NCBI GenBank assembly: GCA_951406725.2
Contig: OX597823.1
Coordinates: forward strand, 7,688,001-7,752,000
DNA: 64,000 bases
DNA from: Octopus vulgaris
Taxonomy: Eukaryota
Reading direction: 5' to 3'
The notes under the pieces were generated by a model. It did not search any database, was not told the origin of the DNA, and worked only from the letters and a program-made list of their open reading frames with translations. The translations under genes and the position numbers were made by a program. Below, in pieces: positions 53,801 through 63,952 of the stretch. The number at the start of each line of letters is the position of its first letter. Position 1 is the stretch's first letter.

Positions 53801-56800
53801 ACCAAAACAGAAATGGCTAAGAAAGCGTCTACATGAGTCTACGATTTAAAAAAAAATTTACCATCGTTTTTTTCCATTTTAATGCATTTTTTCGCTATTA
53901 TATAAGGGAAGTAACTCTCTAAAAATGTCTACGATGAGTCAACGATTTTTAAAAAAAATTACCATCATATTTTTTCCATTTTTAATGCATTTTTTGCTAT
54001 TTTTTGGCTATAACTCTCTAAAAATGCTTATATAGTTATTTCCCTTACAAACCCGAGCAACGCCGGGCGATACTGCTAGTTACTAATATTAACTAAACTA
54101 GATATTAAAAAAATACACTAGCAAAAATTCCATCTACAAAAGCCATTATATTTGGAAGAGAAATATTGGAATAAAATATGCAAGATAGAACTTGATTGAT
54201 TAAAATAATAGAACAATAACATTTATATTACCAGAAGTTAATTGCAAATTACCAGATAATGAGATCTGTGCCAGAATCAGACTACAGATATATGACAGTC
54301 ATAATCAAGTACTCCAAAAGAGTATATAGATTGAGGCATGTTATATACAGAATAAGCTAAATTTAATAGTTATCGCCATACTAATATGGCAGTCTATAAA
54401 TATAAGACTAAAGCTGTCGCTGATTAGCTCCAAGAGGCCATCGCCTCTAGCTAGCTATATGACACACGAACCTGCGTCCATTACAATCTTCGAACAGGGG
54501 AGGTCAGCCGCTTCACCTTGCTAGTCAGACATCTGCAGACATGTTTCAGGGTTGTTGCCCTTTATCAATGCAGCGTAGTCAGAGCCAGCAGGTGTTGCTA
54601 CTGTTCGAAGGTTGTAATGGACGCAGGTTCGTGTGTCATATAGCTAGCTAGAGGCAATGACCTCTTGGAGCTAATCAGCAACAGCTTTAGTCTTATATTT
54701 ATAGACTGCTATATTAGTATGGCGATAACAATTAATATCCAGTAATGCTGCCGTAATCTCCTTTAGAGAGACTTAGTAATTTTAATATTTCTATTAAGCT
54801 AAATTTAGTTTTATCCGAAGAGTTATTCACAATTAGGCAATCAAAGGTTTTTGTCTGTGAAACATATTTTCACGCAACCATTTGTTTCAACTACCAATCA
54901 GGAATCAGTTGCTAATATCAGTTGCTAGATTTAGGAAACAAATTTTTGGGTTAGTGAAAGGTAAAGAATTGAAGATAGGAAAATCCTGCCGCAAGGATTG
55001 TTCTTAATGTTGTCTGTATAAGGATGTTGTCTATATAAGGATGTTCTAGTGTAAAATTAGCAGAACAAATAATTTGGAAACAAAATCAATTTGGGAATAC
55101 AATATTTTTTCAGATTTGATATAGAAGAAGAACAGGCAGATAGTAGGTAGATGAATGATAACCAAAGCACTGGTTTGGAGAGCAATTATATTGTAAGAAC
55201 TGAGTTGGAGTGTCACATAAGAGTGATTATAAAAGCTATTTGAATATATGTAAGCAAATAAGCAAAATAGATGTAAGAAAATTATTTGATTTTACTGCAG
55301 ATATGAACTGACCATAATCAATTAACTAAAGTGTGCTTAAATAACATATTAAATCAACAAACAAGAATGTCAATACAGATAGTAAAACAAAAAAATACAA
55401 TGATATTAAATTACAAAATTAGTTAAGAAAATATTTTTAGAATTGGTTATTAATAATAGATGGCAGGCAGAACTAAAAGACAATCAAACAGTAATCTGTG
55501 AGGGTTGATAAGAAGGAACTGTAGCATAAGAGAGAGGAGAAAAGTTTTTAGATAGATCATAAGAAGCAGTCAAACATATTTTGAAATGGCATAAATATTG
55601 CAATGGTCTTAAATCACTGCCATAACAAAAACTATTTTCTTTTTTAAGAATTAAAGGCTGTGTATGAAAGCTTTTCACTGCAATGGGTGATAGATGATAA
55701 TACAAAAAATATGGCCTTTGTTAGAGATAACTCTAAGAATCTGTACAATTTCTTTAATGAACATTTTACATATAAAGTAAGAGTGAACCAATGAACTTCA
55801 AAATCTACTGTGATAAGTTTTTCAATTATTTAACAGTTTACTAACTTTTTCACTTACTACATTGTGTAAAATGGTTAGAATTAGAAAGGACATCCAACTG
55901 TAGAAATCATGCCAAAGCAGACAGTCCTTTGGCTTACCAGTTCCTGTTAAACTGTCCAACCATAGCAGTATAGAAAATGGACTTTAAATGGGGATGATTA
56001 ACAGGAGAGCTGGATATTGCAAAAGGATTATCATTGTATTTGATGCATAAAAGATTTTGGAAAGAGCACAAAGGACAAATAGAGATATAGCTAATTATCC
56101 TTATTTGTATCTGCTAAGTTTCTTTGCTCAAATTTTAATAAAACAGGACATTAGAATTTGAATGTCTCCAAGTTTCAATTTCAGTCTATTTAAACATCTG
56201 TTTTATGGGTTTTAAATTTCAATTGAAACTTTATAAATAAAAAATAAAATTCAAGATCTGATTTAAAATTACATTGTTCAATAAAGATTTATTTACTATT
56301 ATAGTGTAATCTTGGCCAATCCTTTTGAGACAGGAATTTTTGTTAAAATACATGTATTTTTCTGTCAAACTGATATATTTTTTAACAGGAAAGCTCTAGT
56401 AAAAGATATGTAAATAAATACCTTGCTTCTATGATATCTTTATTGAATTCAATAAATACCACAATAGCACCTGGAAGAAAAAATAATTTCTTTTCAAAAT
56501 GATGTATTTAAATTAATTAATGTTCAAATAACTTTATCATGATATTTCAAATTAATAAAACAATAACCTATTTTTTTACAAGGAAACCAAAGCTTTCTTT
56601 GCAACCTTGGGGCTTCGGGTTCAGTCACACAGCACAGCACTTGGTCAAATGTTTTCTACAATAGCCTTGGGTTGACCAATGCCTTGTTAGTGAATTTGAT
56701 ACAAAGAAACTGTGTTGAAGCCCGTCATTTATATATGTGCGCATAAAAGAGAGAGAGAGAGAGAGAGAGAGTGTGTGTGTGTGTGTGTGTGTGTCTGTCT

Positions 56801-59800
56801 CCCAACCATCTCTTGGCAACTAGCCTTGGTTTGTTTACATTCCTGTAACTTAGTGATTCAGCAAAAGAGACTGATAGAATAAGTATCAAACTTAAAAAGT
56901 AAAGTACTGAGGTCGATTTGTTCAACTAAAACTCTTCGAAGCAAGTTCCAGCATGGCCGCAGTCCAATGACTGAAATGAGTAAGATAAGAGACACACATG
57001 TGCGTGTATGTGTGTAAAAGGACTTACTACAAGTTTATTCATCTACTATGCATTTATTAAAGTCTGTGTGTGTGTATGTTCATCTTCTCTCTCAAACATT
57101 CTCTCCCTCTCTCTCTCTCTCTCTTATTTGCCTCTAGCACTTGAGGGAAACCTTTTAACCCTTTAGCATTTAAACCGGCCATATCCAGCCAAAAGTATTT
57201 TACCTGTTTTATGTTCAAACTGGCCAGATCTAGTCTCTCACACCAACCCTACAATATCATTCTAAAAATTAACAGCTACCTCATCAAAATTTCATAGCTC
57301 CAACATAATGCATGATTAGTTCAAAACAATGTGGATAAAAAAAGCATTAATTTTGGCAGAATAATGCGAACACTAAAGGGTTAAACATTTGGAAATATTC
57401 TTTTATAGGCGACTCTTTCTGCTGACTACTCTTGCACATCTGCTATGGATGAGGTCTTTCTTTTCTTTCAGCCTAAATATGATACCACTGTATGTCTTGT
57501 GTACCTACAACAGTTTACACTAGGTACACTGCATGGCATTCCTACCTACCTATTTACTACATATCAAGCATAGGCATTTTCCAGATGACAGCAGGGTTCT
57601 ACTAACTTAAACTTTTGTCATTGCTAGGTTTAATTTTGGACTTCTTAATTTTTAGGCTTTGTTTCCATTTTTGAAATATCTTCTTTAAGTCTTTAATATT
57701 GGGTTGTCAGGAAAGTTCGTGCCGATTTTTAAAGGAAAGAAAAAGGGCAATAAATACTTGCCATTACATTTTTAATCAACCATATATGAACCATTTTGTT
57801 ACACAATGCATCTCCATCTTTCCTTTAACTTGAAAATACCCGCTTCCCAGAATTGAGTTGGTTTCATGGCAATAATTTATCAAGGTATCATTTTACGTCA
57901 TCCAAGGAATTGAAATTTTTACCATAAAGACTATTCTGCAGAGACCTGAATAAGTGGAAATCCAAAGGAGCAATATCTGGTGAATATGGAGGGTGGGGTA
58001 ACACATCCCAGCCGAGCTGCAGCAATTTTTGTCTGGCTCCCAAGGCATCAAGTGCCGAAAATGAACTTTCTTATCTTCCATTTTAAAGGGTTACAGAATT
58101 AACACAGGTTATAGGAACATAAACCTTCTTCCATGAAAAGATAGCTTAAACTGTGCTCTAAATGGAGGTGTAGTCAAATCCTATTTTATGGACTCAACCA
58201 TGTTCTAAAATAAGTCGAAAGATAAGGTACTATAAATCGGCAAGAACTTTCCAGACAACCCAATAGTTTCAGCTTGAGAATTGGATCTGCAACATGCAAA
58301 CGTTCTCACAGATACCTAGTCTTGTTATGGCATGGAAATCTGTAAAAATCAAACAGGATAAAGATGAGAACTGAGCCCTGATGGGCCCTGATACCAGCAG
58401 GCTAGATTTTTTACTGAACCCATCAGTAACTCAAACCTTGCAAAAGGGAAAGGACCTTTGTTGCCAATAGTAGTAGTAGTTTACTGAACTTTCTCAAACC
58501 CATTCTTACTCTAGCTACTATACTACAGAGTAACCATCTTCCTCGCTAATTACATAAGCAAACGTTATCAACACAGACACACAGCCATCCTGACATTTAG
58601 GAGAATAAACACCAATGTGTTCAGAGTGCATGCATCTACTACGAAGCTTACATTCCCTGTTAGCTTGCCTGTGATTCCACTACATCTCTTGTCTATCCAT
58701 AGCTTACACTGAGTATACAATGTATGGAGTTTACATGTAGCCCTTTTTCTGCGTATCAAGGTCCTGTCTTTTTCCCTACTTACTAAAACTGTCGTCTTTG
58801 CTAAGCTTACCTTAAGTTCTAGGTTTAGCTTCCAAGCCTGGAATTTTCTTTCTAATTCCCCAATAAATTCAGCTATGAGAACAAGACCATCACCATATAG
58901 GAATTCCTATGAACATCCATTCTTAAACTCCTCATTGATAGCCTATCAGGCAATGATGAATAGGAAAGGACTGAGGATTGAACCATGATGGACCTCTATC
59001 CTCACATTAAATTCTTCACTGAAATTGTTGTTGACTCTCACTTTATTTACTGCATCTTTGTACATAGCTTGTACAGCCCTCACAAGCTATTCATCTACAC
59101 AGAGTTTCCTTTGTGACTACCAAATTACTGAATGAGGTCCTCTGTCAAATGCTTCCTCTTAGTCAATGAATGCCAGGAACAGGAGTTTACCCTGTTTTTC
59201 CAAGTATTTCTTCTGCAGTTGCCTTACTACAAAATTGCATTCGTGGTACACCTTCTGAACATGAAGCAAAATGCATCTCATTTACGTCCACTCTATCACA
59301 GATCAATTGTGCTTTGACTTTCTCTATGACCTTCATAACTAGTTCCAGTAGTTTGAATTTTCTCCATTGTTGCCTCTCTCTAATGCATCTCCTTTGCCCT
59401 TGTAACTGTTTATGATTATCATCATCATCATTGTTCGACCGTGGTCGAGACAATGGAATTTACCATGCTACGCCAGACTTCACAGTCCATCATGGCATTA
59501 CGAAGGTCCTGTTGCTGGATACCTGTATCCCTGGAGATTACATCAGGGTAGGAGAGTGTGCGCCCTCTGGTATTGCGAGTAGATGGCTTCCAGAGGAGGA
59601 GAGTAGAAATTACCTCTTTTTCAGCTCTACAACAATGTCCAGCAAACTGGACTCTCTTACCTTTCACAAGAGATGACACAGGTGGTAGAGATACGGTACA
59701 ACTAATAATAACTTTCAGGAGATACAGTAACATCTATATAATAAATATTATTCCATAAATTTGGTGGTTCACTATGTACAAGCATTACAATAACTAATTT

Positions 59801-59919
59801 ATATTGCTACTGAACAAAAATTACTCCAAGAAGAGAAAAAATGTGAAAAATGGTAAAATAAGTAACTCACTGAAGGAAATAATGTGTACATATAACCAGA
59901 AATAACTCTCTATTTCATA
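39606..59919 (-). CDS. TMEM241: TMEM241/SLC35D4-like Golgi nucleotide-sugar transporter, 3' part; 5' exons lie beyond the window end
   Basis: complement(join(39606-39672,43510-43574,45583-45676,46489-46558,49187-49221,51832-51867,56422-56470,59871-59919)). All introns are GT-AG, with phases chaining into one open frame: YEIESYFWLYVHIISFSAIVVFIEFNKDIIEASKIELLYYNYIFSVIFFIPGSYLLGDIFEAANFKHLYLYKFYMGCLASGILGTILNLLRISLQENSEFLVYNRLLPIAHIMASFLSLLFFEFHTTAEHNIWIAAVQLVSLLGNFTKRKGNEE*. The motifs YFW..H, NYIFSV, GD.F...F..LY.Y.F...C.ASG.LG match TMEM241 as I recall it. Confidence 0.88.
39899..40703. mobile_element. Tail-to-tail pair of family A SINEs (39899-40303 on +, diverged 40342-40703 on -)
   Basis: Both match the family consensus, in opposite orientations. 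Confidence 0.85.
41315..41800 (-). mobile_element. Family B copy with ~20-bp TSD (TTTCTTGATATAAATTACC)
   Basis: Flank duplicated at ~41289 and ~41802. Confidence 0.85.
42570..43055 (+). mobile_element. Two tandem family D SINEs with different tails
   Basis: 42570-42801 and 42865-43055, each preceded by the same ~62-bp flank. Confidence 0.85.
43510..43574 (-). CDS. TMEM241: TMEM241-like exon (IMASFLSLLFFEFHTTAEHNI)
   Basis: gtgtag|ATT...TTG|gtaatt on minus; 65 nt. Confidence 0.82.
44985..45425. repeat. Tandem repeat, ~2.5 x 155-165 bp
   Basis: GCACAGGTAATAAATTCCTACCATGAAAGGTCAC occurs three times. Confidence 0.85.
45583..45676 (-). CDS. TMEM241: TMEM241-like exon (SGILGTILNLLRISLQENSEFLVYNRLLPIAH)
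   Basis: tttaag|T...CAT|gtaagt on minus; 94 nt. Confidence 0.83.
45801..46181 (-). mobile_element. tRNA-derived SINE family F with 10-bp TSD AAATTATAAT
   Basis: Minus-strand head TGGCCCAGTGGTTAGGGC...GATTCC; partial copy at 21143-21277. Confidence 0.82.
46489..46558 (-). CDS. TMEM241: TMEM241-like exon (GDIFEAANFKHLYLYKFYMGCLA)
   Basis: ttacag|GA...CAAG|gtaagt on minus; 70 nt. Confidence 0.9.
46706..47666 (+). mobile_element. Family B (RTE 3'UTR-type repeat) with an expanded 67-bp minisatellite
   Basis: Ten full 67-bp units plus a partial unit from 46734, then the conserved tail and (GAT)n. Other copies at 14668-14990(-), 22205-22445(+), 34130-34345(+), 34921-35180(-), 37443-37536(-), 50463-50807(+), 62325-62570(+). 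Confidence 0.88.
48372..48770 (+). mobile_element. tRNA-derived SINE family G fused to a family A tail
   Basis: TGGCTCAGTGGTTAGAGC...GTTTGATTCCC head; family A 3' end from ~48655. Confidence 0.65.
49187..49221 (-). CDS. TMEM241: TMEM241-like micro-exon (SVIFFIPGSYLL)
   Basis: tttcag|T...TTAG|gtaagg on minus; 35 nt. Confidence 0.85.
49585..49993 (-). mobile_element. SINE family A
   Basis: Full-length copy. Confidence 0.9.
50000..51210 (-). mobile_element. Degenerate mariner relic interrupted by family B
   Basis: KLGKSATKT..QVYGDE..CFEWHRGFK..SLEYDERSGRSST HTH-region motif. Confidence 0.75.
51374..51755 (+). mobile_element. SINE family A, diverged
   Basis: Head, body and tail similarity. 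Confidence 0.75.
51832..51867 (-). CDS. TMEM241: TMEM241-like micro-exon (SKIELLYYNYIF)
   Basis: tttcag|T...TCAG|gtaagt on minus; 36 nt. Confidence 0.87.
53050..53420 (+). mobile_element. Mariner N-terminal relic, cut off near a Helitron
   Basis: INAVYGD.TISVRQCQWWFQK..SLEDEP..TVEELAEKLG and LGQWVPHELS motifs. Confidence 0.8.
53444..54079 (+). mobile_element. Non-autonomous Helitron, family C, long variant with extra GC-rich internal segment
   Basis: Same termini as the other copies; extra sequence at ~53660-53826. Confidence 0.85.
54366..54794. mobile_element. Fold-back element: ~128-bp inverted arms, hammerhead motif in the loop, 13-bp target-site duplication
   Basis: Arms 54369-54497 and 54601-54729. 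TAAGCTAAATTTA is duplicated at 54353-54365 and 54795-54807. Confidence 0.85.
54533..54573 (-). ncRNA. Minimal type-I hammerhead ribozyme motif, U3-A8 variant
   Basis: Minus strand: CTGCA-TTGATAA-AGGG(CAACAA)CCCT-GAAA-CATG-TC-TGCAG; 5-bp stem I, 4-bp stem II, palindromic ACATGT, GUC triplet. Confidence 0.72.
56422..56470 (-). CDS. TMEM241: TMEM241-like exon (SAIVVFIEFNKDIIEA)
   Basis: ttccag|GT...CAAG|gtattt on minus; 49 nt, phase-compatible. Confidence 0.8.
56610..56990 (+). mobile_element. SINE family A, diverged
   Basis: Body and tail similarity. Confidence 0.7.
57159..57380. mobile_element. TTAA-flanked MITE, second copy
   Basis: Same TIRs and body as 28346-28559. Confidence 0.85.
57699..58263 (-). 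mobile_element. Internally deleted mariner element with TIRs and TA TSD
   Basis: TA|TTGGGTTGTCAGGAAAGTTC...GAACTTTCCAGACAACCCAA|TA. N-terminal MEDKKVHFRHLM is fused to WDVLPHPPYSPDIAPLDFHLF. Confidence 0.9.
58480..59405 (-). mobile_element. Degenerate RTE-like LINE RT fragment
   Basis: KLLELVMKVIEKV and V.VHHGSILSPFLFII-like remnants, related to 18678-20085. Confidence 0.65.
59418..59687 (-). mobile_element. 3' end of the second RTE-like LINE family
   Basis: Near-identical to 24169-24428. Confidence 0.8.
59871..59919 (-). CDS. TMEM241: TMEM241-like exon (YEIESYFWLYVHIISF)
   Basis: ttgcag|TAT...TTCA|gtgagt on minus; 49 nt. Confidence 0.85.
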
Positions 59920-59994
59920 CTGCAAAACAAGAAAGACAAGGAGTTAAATGAGATTTAATTATATAAAAATTAGCAAAATAGATATATGCATATA

Positions 59995-61116
59995 CTTCGC
60001 GGGGTTTTTCTCTTCCCTTCTCTCCCCCTCTTTTTACATTGTCGTCTGTCTGGACTCCTCTCTTCCTACCACCCGCCATGGCTATGCATACTTAAGCTAG
60101 TAAACTGCCTCATTCGATTCCGAATTCCTTTTGCCAAGTCTGTCCGTAAACGAAGTGATCTCAAGATAAGAAATCTTTGAACTTTAATTCATCCGTATCT
60201 CTATTTATTATTATTATTTATTAATTATTATTATTCTGATCCCCCTAGTCGCCACTCTGTTTACTATTTCAGCCTCGCCTCGTTTTTGCATATTCTGTAT
60301 AATTCACTAGTTATCGTTATAGATATTTAAGATCTATCTCCCTTATAGAAATTGGCTGCCGATTCTTCGCGGGGTTTTTTCTCTTCCTTCTCTCCCCCTC
60401 TTTTACATTGTCGTCTGTCTGGACTCCTCTCTTCCTACCACCCGCCATGGCTATGCATACTTAAGCTAGTAAACTGCCTCATTCTTGATTCCGAATTCCT
60501 TTTGCCAAGTCTGTCCGTAAACGAAGTGATCTCAAGATAAGAAATCTTTGAACTTTAATTCATCCGTATCTCTATTTATTATTATTATTTATTAATTATT
60601 ATTATTCTGATCCCCCTAGTCGCCACTCTGTTTACTATTTCAGCCTCGCCTCGTTTTTGCATATTCTGTATAATTCACTAGTTATCGTTATAGATATTTT
60701 AAGATCTATCTCCCTTATAGAAATTGGCTGCCGATTCTTCGCGGGGTTTTTTCTCTTCCCTTCTCTCCCCCTCTTTTTACATTGTCGTCTGTCTGGACTC
60801 CTCTCTTCCTACCACCCGCCATGGCTATGCATACTTAAGCTAGTAAACTGCCTCATTCTTGATTCCGAATTCCTTTTGCCAAGTCTGTCCGTAAACGAAG
60901 TGATCTCAAGATAAGAAATCTTTGAACTTTAATTCATCCGTATCTCTATTTATTATTATTATTTATTAATTATTATTATTCTGATCCCCCTAGTCGCCAC
61001 TCTGTTTACTATTTCAGCCTCGCCTCGTTTTTGCATATTCTGTATAATTCACTAGTTATCGTTATAGATATTTAAGATCTATCTCCCTTATAGAAATTGG
61101 CTGCCGATTCTTCGCG
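59995..61116. repeat. Tandem repeat, 3 x ~372 bp
   Basis: CTTCGCGG unit starts at 59995, 60365, 60737 and 61110; near-identical units. Confidence 0.95.
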
Positions 61117-61196
61117 GCGCCCGCCCGCCCTACCCACCCCCACCACCAATACCGGATATCTCTATTTTGCTCCAACTATACCGGATGTCGTTTTCT

Positions 61197-62325
61197 CCCA
61201 CCACCATTATAGGTGTCTACTCTTTGAACCCCCTCTTCAATACGCTATTTCACCATGCATTACCCCTCTCTCGATATCCTACGTTCTACTTGCCTAGAAC
61301 CTGTCCTCTGGACCACCCCTCCCACTGGTGCTCACCCCTCCCACTGGTGCTCCCTATATTTCTGCATCCCCCCACCACCATTATAGGTGTCTACTCTTTG
61401 AACCCCCCTCTTCAATACGCTATTTCACCATGCATTACCCCTCTCTCGATATCCTACGTTCTACTTGCCTAGAACCTGTCCTCTGAACCACCCTCCCACT
61501 GAACCACCCCTCCCACTGGTGCTCCCCTATATTTCTGCACCCCCCACCACCATTATAGGTGTCTACTCTTTGAACCCCCCTCTTCAATACGCTATTTCAC
61601 CATGCATTACCCCTCTCTCGATATCCTACGTTCTACTTGCCTAGAACCTGTCCTCTGAACCACCCCTCCCACTGGTGCTCCCCTATATTTCTGCACCCCC
61701 CACCACCATTATAGGTGTCTACTCTTTGAACCCCCTCTTCAATACGCTATTTCACCATGCATTACCCCTCTCTCGATATCCTACGTTCTACTTGCCTAGA
61801 ACCTGTCCTCTGAACCACCCCTCCCACTGGTGCTCCCCTATATTTCTGCACCCCCCACCACCATTATAGGTGTCTACTCTTTGAACCCCCCTCTTCAATA
61901 CGCTATTTCACCATGCATTACCCCTCTCTCGATATCCTACGTTCTACTTGCCTAGAACCTGTCCTCTGAACCACCCCTCCCACTGGTGCTCCCCTATATT
62001 TCTGCACCCCCCACCACCATTATAGGTGTCTACTCTTTGAACCCCCTCTTCAATACGCTATTTCACCATGCATTACCCCTCTCTCGATATCCTACGTTCT
62101 ACTTGCCTAGAACCTGTCCCCTGAACCACCCCTCCCACTGGTGCTCCCCTATATTTCTGCACCCCCCACCACCATTATAGGTGTCTACTCTTTGAACCCC
62201 CCTCTTCAATACGCTATTTCACCATGCATTACCCCTCTCTCGATATCCTACGTTCTACTTGACTAGAACCTGTCCTCTGAACCACCCCTCCCACTGGTGC
62301 TCCCCATATTTCTGCACCCCCCCCA
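61197..62325. repeat. C-rich minisatellite, 7 x ~156 bp
   Basis: CATTATAGGT recurs at about 61205, 61379, 61551, 61707, 61862, 62018 and 62174. Confidence 0.95.
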
Positions 62326-62601
62326 TAAAAAGCACCATCCGAACGTGGCCGATGCCAGACCCCTCTGGCACCTGTGCAGGTGGCACGTAAAAAACACCCA
62401 CTACACTCGCGGAGTGGTTGGCGTTAGGAAGGGCATCCAGCTGTAGAAACACTGCCAGACTAGACTGGAGCCTGGGGCAGTCCCGAGCTCCCCAGACCCC
62501 GGTCGAAACCGTCCAACCCGTGCTAGCGCGGAAAACGGACGTTAAACGATGATGATGATGATGATGATGATACATATAAGAGAACAAAGAGTACTATGCA
62601 G

Positions 62602-62659
<58 letters not shown>

Positions 62660-63549
62660 AAATACAAAATGGGATAAGAACGCAAAACGGGACAACAAAA
62701 GATCCAGATAGACGATACAAAAAAACACAGACAGGTCATTTGAAGCCTTCTATCTTCAGTCAAGAACTGGATCATTCTCGAATCTAATGCTCTTAGCTTA
62801 ATTTTTCCTTGGGGCTGGCCAGATTGGAGCAATCTCAAGATTAATCAGCCGAAATTGCGAGGATTTCTAGCGTGTAGAATTCCTATTAGAGTGGATTCCT
62901 TATGTGTTTAAATATACACTATATTGTATGACTAATATATAGTCTTTTTGACTAAATTTTTACAAGTTAGACCACTGGAAATGTAAATTTTAATTAATTT
63001 TCATTTCCCTTTGATATGATTAAATATTGTAAGTTTTTGGATAATTTTTGATTTTAAAAATTGGTGGTTCTTTTTATTGCCGGCGAAGGACTGTGGCTGC
63101 GCAGTAGATTTTGAAAGAGTTAGGATGTATAAACACAGGGCAAGTAGTTTTGATTGTCCCGTGTGTATACGTTTAACCCTAGGTGGAACTGCTGAAGAAG
63201 ATCACACCTAGTGAGTTCCTTGATTCGCTAAAATAAGATCAGAAACCAATTGGTCCAGGAAACTAGATGGTAAAATGTTTTTCATTTTTCAATTTGTTCC
63301 TGTTGAATTTTATCCCAAATTTTTGTGGTTATAGAACCTAGCTGTTCTTTCTAGCATGTAGAATTCCTATAAGTGGATTCCTTATGTGTTTAAATATACA
63401 CTATATTGTATGACTAATATATAGTCTTCTTGACTAATTTTTTACACGTTAGACCACTGGAAATGTAAATTTTAATTAATTTCCATTTCCCTTTGATATG
63501 ATTATATATATATGTATATGTATATATGTATATATTTTTTTTTTTTTTT

Positions 63550-63948
63550 TTTTACTTGTTTCAGTCATTTGACTGCGGCCATGCTGGAGCACCGCCTTTT
63601 AGTCGAGCAAATCGACTCCGGGACTTATTCTTTGTAAGCCCAGTACTTATTCTATCGGTCTCTTTTGCCGAACCACTAAGTGACGGGGACGTAAACACAC
63701 CAGCATTGGTTGTCAAGCAATGCTAGGGGACAAACACAGACACACAAACACACACACACATATACATATATATACATATATACGACAGGCTTCTTTCAGT
63801 TTCCGTCTACCAAATCCACTCACAAGGCATTGGTCGGCCCGGGGCTATAGCAGAAGACACTTGCCCAAGATGCCACGCAGTGGGGACTGAACCCGGAACC
63901 ATGTGGTTGGTTAGCAAGCTACTTACCACACAGCCACTCCTGCGCCTA
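63550..63948 (-). mobile_element. SINE family A
   Basis: Full-length copy. Confidence 0.9.
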
Positions 63949-63952
63949 TATG

